Of a stretch of 64,000 nt of DNA, positions 57,491-64,000 are shown piece by piece. The translations under genes were made by a program, and so were the position numbers. The notes beneath the pieces are model-generated. The model did not search any database. It worked only from the letters and a program-made list of their open reading frames with translations, and was not told where the DNA came from. Origin of the DNA: Dehalococcoidia bacterium (GTDB lineage Bacteria; Chloroflexota; Dehalococcoidia; Bin125). Numbering within the stretch: the first letter of the stretch is position 1; every line of letters starts with the position of its first letter. Where the stretch lies: assembly GCA_963662615.2 (NCBI GenBank), contig CAXXSR010000001.1:800001-864000 (forward strand), in the 5' to 3' direction.

Positions 57491-59317
57491 ATGGATCGCG
57501 ATCGCATTCGCAACTTCTGCATCATCGCCCACATCGATCACGGCAAGTCGACGCTGGCGGACCGGCTGTTGGAGGTCACCGGCACGGTGGAGTCGCGGAA
57601 GATGTCGGCGCAACTGCTGGATTCCATGGAGCTGGAGCGGGAGAAGGGGATCACGATCAAGGCAAGGGCGGTGCGGATGACGCACACGGTCGCCGGGGCC
57701 AGCTACCAGCTCAACCTGATCGACACGCCGGGGCACGTGGACTTCGGCTACGAGGTTTCGCGCAGCCTGGCGGCGGCGGAGGGCGCGCTCCTGGTGGTCG
57801 ACGCGGCGGCGGGCATCCAGGCGCAGACGCTGGCCAACGTCTACCTGGCGCTGGGCGAGGATCTCACGGTGATCCCGGTGATCAACAAGATCGACCTGGA
57901 GGTGGCGCGGCCGGAGCAGGTGGGGCGCGAACTCGTGGACGCGATTGGCTTCACGGAGGAGGAGCTGCTGTTCGTCTCCGCCAAGACGGGTGAGGGGATC
58001 GAGCGGCTGCTGGAGGCGATCGTAGAGCGGGTGCCGGCGCCGGCCGGCGCAGTGGAGGCGCCGCCGCGGGCGCTGATCTTCGACTCCGAGTACGACGCCT
58101 ACAAGGGGGCGATCGCCTACCTGCGGGTCGTGGACGGGTCGCTGCAGGGCGAGGCGCCGCTGCGGCTGCTGGCGACGGGGCGGCGCTTCGAGCCGATGGA
58201 GTTCGGCACCTTCAGGCCGGAGCTGACGCCGCTGCCGGGCCTCTCGACGGGCGAGGTGGGCTACGTGGCGACGGGGCTGAAGGACGTGAGCGACGTTCGC
58301 GTGGGCGACACGATCACGACGTGGGCGGAGCGGGCGGCGTCGCCGCTGCCCGGCTATCGCGGTCCCAAAGCGATGGTCTTCGCCGGCCTCTACCCGGCGC
58401 AGTCGACCGACTACCCGCTGCTGCGCGAGGCGCTGGCGAAGCTGCACCTGAGTGATTCCTCATTCCAGTACGAAGCGGAGAGTTCGGCGGCGCTGGGCTT
58501 CGGCTTTCGCATGGGCTTTTTGGGCCTGCTGCACATGGAGATCGTGCAGGAGCGGCTGGAGCGGGAGTACGGCCTGGCGCTGATCTTCACGGCGCCGTCG
58601 GTGGAGTACGAGGTAGAGACGCGGGACGGGGCGGTGCGGCGTCTGGACAACCCGGCGGAGCTGCCGGACCCCACCCGGATCGCGGAGGTGCGGGAGCCGT
58701 GGGTGCGGATGAGCGTGATCGCGCCCAGCCGTTTCGTGGGAGCGGTGATGGAGGTGGTGACGGCGCGACGGGGGAAGTTCGGGAAGATGGACTACCTGGA
58801 GCGGGGGCACGTCCAGGCCGAGGGCGCGGCGACGCGGGTGCTGCTGGAGTACGAGGCGCCGCTGGCCGAGATCCTGACCGACTTCTACGACGAGCTGAAG
58901 TCCCGCACGCAGGGTTACGCCAGCCTGGACTACACCCTGATCGCCTACCGCGCGGCCAAGCTGGTGAAGCTGGAGATCCTGGTCAACGGCGACTCCATCG
59001 ACGCGCTCTCCTCGATCATCCCCGCCGACGATGCGCAGGTGCAGGGGCGCGCGCTGGTGCAGCGGCTGCGGTCGCTGATCCCGCGCCAGCACTTCGACGT
59101 GCCGGTGCAGGCGGCGGTGGGGGGGCGCATCGTGGCGCGGGAGACGGTAAAGGCGCTGCGCAAGAACGTGCTGGCCAAGTGCTACGGCGGCGACGTGACG
59201 CGCAAGCGCAAGCTGCTGGCGCGGCAGGCGGCGGGGAAGAAGCGGATGAAGCGGGTGGGCAACGTGGAGATCCCGCAGGAGGCGTTCATGGCGGTGCTGA
59301 GGATCGGGAAAGAGTGA
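57491..59317 (+). CDS. lepA: Elongation factor 4 (LepA)
   Basis: [52 protein letters not shown]. Confidence 0.98.
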   Translation: MDRDRIRNFCIIAHIDHGKSTLADRLLEVTGTVESRKMSAQLLDSMELEREKGITIKARAVRMTHTVAGASYQLNLIDTPGHVDFGYEVSRSLAAAEGALLVVDAAAGIQAQTLANVYLALGEDLTVIPVINKIDLEVARPEQVGRELVDAIGFTEEELLFVSAKTGEGIERLLEAIVERVPAPAGAVEAPPRALIFDSEYDAYKGAIAYLRVVDGSLQGEAPLRLLATGRRFEPMEFGTFRPELTPLPGLSTGEVGYVATGLKDVSDVRVGDTITTWAERAASPLPGYRGPKAMVFAGLYPAQSTDYPLLREALAKLHLSDSSFQYEAESSAALGFGFRMGFLGLLHMEIVQERLEREYGLALIFTAPSVEYEVETRDGAVRRLDNPAELPDPTRIAEVREPWVRMSVIAPSRFVGAVMEVVTARRGKFGKMDYLERGHVQAEGAATRVLLEYEAPLAEILTDFYDELKSRTQGYASLDYTLIAYRAAKLVKLEILVNGDSIDALSSIIPADDAQVQGRALVQRLRSLIPRQHFDVPVQAAVGGRIVARETVKALRKNVLAKCYGGDVTRKRKLLARQAAGKKRMKRVGNVEIPQEAFMAVLRIGKE

Positions 59318-59336
59318 CCGGTCAGAGAGGTGCAAG

Positions 59337-60074
59337 GTGACCGAGGGGTTTAGTTGGCAATGCCCATTCTGTGGTCGTCCGGTAACCCTGTTAGATCAGA
59401 ATCTGAGTACATCAAGTCACCACCTCTCGATCAAAAATCAACACGGGGACCAGCGGCTCGACACACTGTTTATGGTCTGCCCTAACGAGGAGTGTCGCGA
59501 GTTCGTGCTCAAAGCTTCGCTTGAAGGCGGCGCCTGGCGCACGCATCCGGGGGGAGGCCGCGAGTGGGACGGCTCGACAGTAGATAAGCAGCGCTGGGAT
59601 TTAGTTCCTCAATCGAACGCGCAGGTCTGGCCCGACTACGTACCTCGGCAGATTCGCGAGGACTATCAGGAAGCGTGCGCGATACGTGCGTTGAGCCCTA
59701 AAGCGTCCGCGGCACTGTCGAGACGGTGCTTGCAAGGGATGATCCGCGACTTCTTTGGAATCCGGAAAGACACGCTCAAGCAGGAGATAGACACGCTGAG
59801 AGAGAAGGTAGGCCCCGGCGTTTGGGACGCAATTGATGGCGTTCGTCGCGTCGGGAACGTCGGCGCGCACATGGAAAAGCACGTGAACCTCATCATCCCC
59901 CTCGACTCCGATGAGGCGAACGTCATGATCGGGCTGCTGGAGGAGCTAGCGCAGCTCTGGTACGTGGACCGCCACAATCGCGAATTGCGGATCACGGCGA
60001 TGACAAAGCTTGCGGAGGAAAAGGACGAAGCTCGTCAGGGCCAGAATGATGCGAACGCAGAAGGTTCCCCTTAG
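59337..60074 (+). CDS. Zn-ribbon + DUF4145 (HEPN-like) protein
   Basis: CPFCG...CPN..C, IREDYQEAC, SPKASAALSRRCLQGMIRDF, RRVGNVGAH; lower GC. Confidence 0.85.
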   Translation: MTEGFSWQCPFCGRPVTLLDQNLSTSSHHLSIKNQHGDQRLDTLFMVCPNEECREFVLKASLEGGAWRTHPGGGREWDGSTVDKQRWDLVPQSNAQVWPDYVPRQIREDYQEACAIRALSPKASAALSRRCLQGMIRDFFGIRKDTLKQEIDTLREKVGPGVWDAIDGVRRVGNVGAHMEKHVNLIIPLDSDEANVMIGLLEELAQLWYVDRHNRELRITAMTKLAEEKDEARQGQNDANAEGSP

Positions 60075-60180
60075 CCTCGCTCTCGACCAAGGAATTGGTG
60101 GCTTGCGCCACTAAGGACGCCCGAGCGAGCACGATTTTACTTGTTGCTTCGTTTAGGGTACGTCGCGCCGGGAACGTCGA

Positions 60181-60210
60181 TTGACTGGGGAGGAGGGCGA
60201 CGCCTACAGT
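60181..60210 (+). promoter_or_regulatory. Promoter of SRP RNA
   Basis: TTGACT-N18-TACAGT, ending 5 nt before the RNA 5' stem. Confidence 0.7.
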
Positions 60211-60215
60211 GACGC

Positions 60216-60484
60216 CGGTCGTGCTAGGCGGGGAGCTAGCGGTGCCCTGTACCCGCAATCCGCTTCAGCGGGGTTGAATTCCCGTCCGAGGGCGTTCGCC
60301 ATGGAACCTACCGGCGAGAAGTGGCGCTGAAGCCTGGGTCCCGTGCGGCGAGGCGCTACCAACCCCGTCAGGTCCGAGAGGATGCAGCGGTACGTAGAGA
60401 GCTTCGGGCGCCACGGGGTGGCCTGGGTGGAGCCGGCTGGCGTCGGCAAGCCCGTGGTGGCGTTCGACGGCGGGTGCACGGCCG
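60216..60484 (+). ncRNA. ffs: Signal recognition particle RNA, large (Alu-domain) type
   Basis: Alu-domain start GTCGTGCTAGGCGGGGAGCTAGCGGTGCCCTGTACCCGCAATCCGCT; helix 8 CCGTCAGGTCC-GAGA-GGATGCAGCGG; terminal pairing CGGTCGTGC/GCACGGCCG. Confidence 0.93.
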
Positions 60485-60671
60485 CTCCCCACATCTCCCC
60501 GGCGGTGCTTTCTGCGCTTCGGACAGGGGGCGTTGTCGAAGTGGAGCCGGGAGTGCGCCGGTTCGGCGAGTTCGGACCTCCCCAAAGCAGCAAGACGGCC
60601 CGATGCGCCGAGCCGCAGCCCTTGGGCGCTCCGCCGCCGCCGGTGGCGGGCCGAACCTGATCTGACTTGGC

Positions 60672-61541
60672 GTGAGCAAGGCGCGACGGCCGCTACGGCC
60701 GCGCTTGGGCCAGCACTTCCTCCACGACCTTGAGGTGCGCGATCGGATCATGGCCGCCGTGCCCGCGGACGGCCGTCCCCTCATTGAGGTGGGGCCGGGC
60801 GACGGCGTGCTGACCGAGCCGTTGGTGGCGCTGGGACGGCCGCTGGCGGCGGTGGAGCTTGACCGAGGGCTGGCGGCGTTGGTGCGGCATCGCTTGGAGG
60901 GGCTGCCCGCGGCCCGCGTGGCGGCGCCCTGGGCGGTGATCGAGGCGGACGTCCTGGACGTGGACGCCCGCGAGGCGCTGGCGGCGGTGGGTGCGGCGCC
61001 CCCGTACGGCGTGGTGGGCAACCTGCCCTACGCGATCACGTCGCCGCTGCTGCGCAAGTTTCTCAGCACGGAGCCGTCGCCGCCGGCGTGGTTGCTGGTG
61101 ATGATGCAGCGCGAGGTGGCGCAGCAGGTGGTGGCGCCGGCGGGCAAGCGCTCGCTGCTGAGCGTGTCGGTGCAGTACTACGCGGAGGCGGAGATGCTCT
61201 TCACGGTCGAGCGGGAGGCGTTCCGGCCGGCGCCGGCGGTGCGCTCGGCGGTGGTGCGGATCGAGCGGCTGCCCGCGGCCCGCGTGGCGGCGCCCAGCGA
61301 GGCGCGCTTTTTCGAGGTGGTGCGGGCGGGCTTCCGCGCGCCCCGCAAGCAGCTGCACAACGCGCTGGCGCAGGGGCTCGGGCTTGCGGCCGATGAGGCG
61401 AAGCGCTGGCTCAGCGAGTGCGACATCGATTCCGGGCGCCGCCCGGCGACGCTGACGCTGGAGGAGTGGGCGCGACTGGCCTGGTGGTGGGAGCGCTCGG
61501 GCTCGGCCGCGGTCGCGGCGCCGAAGGGGGCATTGCCATGA
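60672..61541 (+). CDS. rsmA: 16S rRNA m6,2A1518/1519 dimethyltransferase
   Basis: LGQHFL, IEVGPGDGVLT, VELD, VGNLPYAITSP, MMQREVA, FRPAPAVRS. Confidence 0.96.
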   Translation: MSKARRPLRPRLGQHFLHDLEVRDRIMAAVPADGRPLIEVGPGDGVLTEPLVALGRPLAAVELDRGLAALVRHRLEGLPAARVAAPWAVIEADVLDVDAREALAAVGAAPPYGVVGNLPYAITSPLLRKFLSTEPSPPAWLLVMMQREVAQQVVAPAGKRSLLSVSVQYYAEAEMLFTVEREAFRPAPAVRSAVVRIERLPAARVAAPSEARFFEVVRAGFRAPRKQLHNALAQGLGLAADEAKRWLSECDIDSGRRPATLTLEEWARLAWWWERSGSAAVAAPKGALP

Positions 61542-61620
61542 AGCGCCATGACGTGAAGCGCCCTGCCATGAAGCACCGTGCCATGAAGCGCAATGCCGTG
61601 AACCGTAATGTCATGAACGG
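61534..61620. repeat. Six degenerate 15-bp units at the ispE start, each containing RTGA
   Basis: tgccatgaagcgcca-like units at 61534, 61549, 61564, 61579, 61594, 61609 (MKRHD VKRPA MKHRA MKRNA VNRNV MN). Confidence 0.85.
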
Positions 61621-62680
61621 CCAGGCGGCCTCCAACGACTCCGCGCGCGACTCCCCGCGCGAGGAGCGGCGAGGGCTGCGCACGCGCGCGCCGGCGAAGC
61701 TCAACTTGACGCTGGAGGTGCTGCGCAAACGGGACGACGGCTATCACGAGATCGCCTCCGTGCTGCAGACCGTCGATCTGGCCGACACGCTGACTATTGT
61801 TCCAGCCGACACTGTCGTTCCCGCCGGCACTGTCGCCCGCGGCGACGAACTGCGGATCGACTTCCAAGACGAAGAGGGCCGGCCGTTGCCCGTGCGCCTG
61901 GAGGGGGAGCTGGTGGCGCGGAGCTGGGAGGCCGTGCGCGCGCGCTTCGGCGTGGAAGCGACGGCGGCCGTGATGGTGACGAAGCGGATCCCGATCGCGG
62001 GAGGGCTCGGGGGCGGATCGGCGGACGCGGCCGCCTTCCTGCGATTGGCCCGCGCCTGGTGGGCGCTGCCCGTCGACGATGCCGAGCTTGGCGCCCTGGC
62101 GGCGTCGATCGGCTCGGACGTGCCGGCCTTGCTGAGGGGCGGCACGGTGCTGGTGGAAGGGCGGGGCGAGCGGGTTACGGGGCTGCCCGCCGCCACTGCT
62201 CCGGCAGAGGGCCCTGGGGCGGAAGAGCCGGCGGCGCTGATCTACACGCCGGAGGTGCCGTTGCCGGCGGAGAAAACGCGGACGATGTTCGCCTCGCTGC
62301 GATCGAGCGACTTGGGCGGCGGCGCGCGCACGCAGCGGTTGGCCGAGAAGCTGGGGCGGGGTGAGCGCATCGCCCCCGGCGACCTCCACAACGCCTTTGA
62401 CCGCGTCGCCAATGAGGTGTTGATCGGGGTGCAGGCGGCGCGTCGTCGGTTCGCCGCGGCGCTGCCGCGCGAACTGGGCCTGGTGCCAACGCTGGCCGGG
62501 GCCGGGCCCAGCCTCTTCGTGATCGGGCCGGCGGCGGCGCTGCAGCCGGCGCAGAGGGCGCTGGACGGGAGGGGCGGGCGGGCCTGGCTGGCGCGGCCGC
62601 TGGGACGGGCGGAGGCCGCGCGTGTGGAAGGTATCGGGCCGGCGATCGGGCCAGCGATCGGGCCGGCGATCGGGCCGTAG
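61538..62680 (+). CDS. ispE: 4-diphosphocytidyl-2-C-methyl-D-erythritol kinase
   Basis: APAKLNLTLEV..KRDDGYHEI, KRIPIAGGLGGGSADAA, IGSDVP; ATG overlaps the rsmA TGA. Confidence 0.93.
   Translation: MKRHDVKRPAMKHRAMKRNAVNRNVMNGQAASNDSARDSPREERRGLRTRAPAKLNLTLEVLRKRDDGYHEIASVLQTVDLADTLTIVPADTVVPAGTVARGDELRIDFQDEEGRPLPVRLEGELVARSWEAVRARFGVEATAAVMVTKRIPIAGGLGGGSADAAAFLRLARAWWALPVDDAELGALAASIGSDVPALLRGGTVLVEGRGERVTGLPAATAPAEGPGAEEPAALIYTPEVPLPAEKTRTMFASLRSSDLGGGARTQRLAEKLGRGERIAPGDLHNAFDRVANEVLIGVQAARRRFAAALPRELGLVPTLAGAGPSLFVIGPAAALQPAQRALDGRGGRAWLARPLGRAEAARVEGIGPAIGPAIGPAIGP
62633..62677. repeat. 12-bp tandem repeat (IGPA)n at the ispE stop
   Basis: atcgggccRgcg x3 plus a partial fourth copy immediately before TAG. 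Confidence 0.85.
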
Positions 62681-62699
62681 CGAAGGGCGAGGCGCCGGG

Positions 62700-63113
62700 G
62701 TGGAGTCGCTGCTGGCCGGAGTCGTCGCGGGCCACGCGATGGGGCTGTTCTCGCTGGGCCTCTTGGCGCCGTCGCTGTTGCGGCTGGAGGCACGGGTGCG
62801 GAGCGTACAGGCGCGGCTGCGACGGGGAACGCCCCTACCCGTCGTCACGGCCGGGCTGGCCGTGGCGGGACAGGCGCTGTGGGCGCTGACCGGCTTGGCC
62901 TTCGGGGCCGCCTATTGGGCCATCCGCGCCAACGCGGAAGGAGGGCTGGGGAGCCCCGCCTGGGGCTTCACGGTCGTGATCGTGGTGCTGGCGGCGGCGG
63001 GCGTCGCCGTGGCGGTGACGGTGCAGCCGGGCTGGTGGCGGCGCGCCGCCCTGGCCGCGCTGGCCTTCGCGGGCGCCTTCGGCTGGCTCCTTCCCAATCT
63101 CGCGGAAGCCTGA
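62700..63113 (+). CDS. Hypothetical four-TM membrane protein
   Basis: GTG start; four hydrophobic segments; GLGSP motif. Confidence 0.7.
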   Translation: MESLLAGVVAGHAMGLFSLGLLAPSLLRLEARVRSVQARLRRGTPLPVVTAGLAVAGQALWALTGLAFGAAYWAIRANAEGGLGSPAWGFTVVIVVLAAAGVAVAVTVQPGWWRRAALAALAFAGAFGWLLPNLAEA

Positions 63114-63196
63114 GCGGGCCGTCGCTGGCGCGCTGCGATAGGCTGTGCCCGATCGCGGCCCCAATCCCCGACGGTCGGGCTGGACGAGGAGCAGGC

Positions 63197-64000
63197 ATGG
63201 CCGCGCGCACGTACGTGGCCGTCGACCTGGAGACGACGGGGCTGGAGGCGGGGCGCGACCGGATCACGGAAGTGGGCATGGTCCGCTTCACCCTGGAAGG
63301 GGTGCAGCGGAGCTACTCCTCGCTGGTCAACCCCGAGATCCCGATCCCCTTTCGGATTGCACGGCTCACCGGCATTAGCGACGGCGACGTGCGCGACGCC
63401 CCCCGCTTCGGCAGCATCCGGCTGGACGTGGAAGAGTTCCTGGGCGACGCCGTCGTGGTGGGGCAGAACGTCGGCTTCGATCTCGCCTTCCTGGCGGAGG
63501 AGGGGATCGTCCCGGCGGGGCCGGCCTACGACACTCTGGCGCTGGTGTCGCTGCTGCAGCCGCGCCGGCGCGACCGCCGCCTGGCGGCGCTGGCGGAGGG
63601 CTACGGCATTGAGGCGCCGGTGGCCCATCGCGCGCTGGCCGACGCCGAGACCGCCCGCCGCGTTTTCCTGGCCCTCTACGAAGAGGCGCGGGAGCTGCCC
63701 GCGGAGCTGCTGCGTGAGCTGATCGCGTTGGGCGACGACGGCGACGGGTCGCCGGTCGCGCTTCTGCGCGAGATCGCGCGGGAGCGCGGGCCGGCAAGCA
63801 CTGCGCCCCCGAGCGTTGCGCCGCCGTCGTCGGTGGCGAGGTCGCGGCCGGCGCCGCCGGTGCCGCTGCTGCGGCCGGCGGACGGTTCGCTCGAGCAAGC
63901 GGCCGCGGCCCCGAGCGCGGTGGAGGCCCCGAGGGTAGGGGAGGTGTTGCGACCGCCGCCGCTGCCATCGCGGCCACCGCTGGTTGAGGCGGTGGCGGAG
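63197..64000 (+). CDS. DnaQ-like 3'-5' exonuclease, probably the N-terminus of an exonuclease-DinG helicase fusion; truncated by the window end
   Basis: Manual translation: YVAVDLETTGL, SSLVNP, LTGI, VGQNVGFDLAFL, HRALADA (DEDDh); GAGGAG RBS. Confidence 0.88.
   Translation, partial: MAARTYVAVDLETTGLEAGRDRITEVGMVRFTLEGVQRSYSSLVNPEIPIPFRIARLTGISDGDVRDAPRFGSIRLDVEEFLGDAVVVGQNVGFDLAFLAEEGIVPAGPAYDTLALVSLLQPRRRDRRLAALAEGYGIEAPVAHRALADAETARRVFLALYEEARELPAELLRELIALGDDGDGSPVALLREIARERGPASTAPPSVAPPSSVARSRPAPPVPLLRPADGSLEQAAAAPSAVEAPRVGEVLRPPPLPSRPPLVEAVAE

Noticed and set aside
60343-60660. 105-aa ORF upstream of rsmA
   Set aside because: Overlaps the SRP RNA S-domain; no protein features.

Overview
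High-GC bacterial chromosome segment (about 70% GC by eye), mostly housekeeping genes. The gene set and order suggest Chloroflexota, probably Dehalococcoidia-like (inference from the alaS-baseplate J-ruvX-mltG-aroE block, Dehalococcoidia-type PurN, large Alu-containing SRP RNA and F420-type LLM oxidoreductase). 1-25.8 kb is a minus-strand run: glmU, HlyC/CorC, dprA, topA, xerC, aroQ, Xaa-Pro peptidase, efp, xseAB, PHP, purN, lamin-tail protein, rluB, cmk, plsC, DUF512 radical SAM, glmS, Ig/CARDB surface protein, dnaG, rpoD. 26-37.5 kb is a plus-strand run: alaS to aroC, aroKB, acyP. Then moeA, pheST, infC-rpmI-rplT, accBC-like genes, thrS, three tRNAs, oppDF, lepA, ffs, rsmA, ispE and a truncated DnaQ/DinG gene. 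Three small lower-GC accessory patches: (i) 37.6-39.9 kb with DUF2283, a helically phased GACAGGG array, and a Zn-finger plus PD-(D/E)xK-like gene pair; (ii) 45.4-47.7 kb, an EcoRI-fold type II R-M system with a CtsM/ApoI-like MTase; (iii) 59.3-60.1 kb, a DUF4145/HEPN-like gene. The most unusual signal is more than a dozen short tandem duplications at gene starts and stops. Some build chains of ATGA-coupled mini-ORFs, and one creates a 28-codon copy of the L20 N-terminus with an RPPP motif just upstream of rplT. No CRISPR array, integrase-bounded element or transposase was seen. All product calls come from motif recognition, not database searches.
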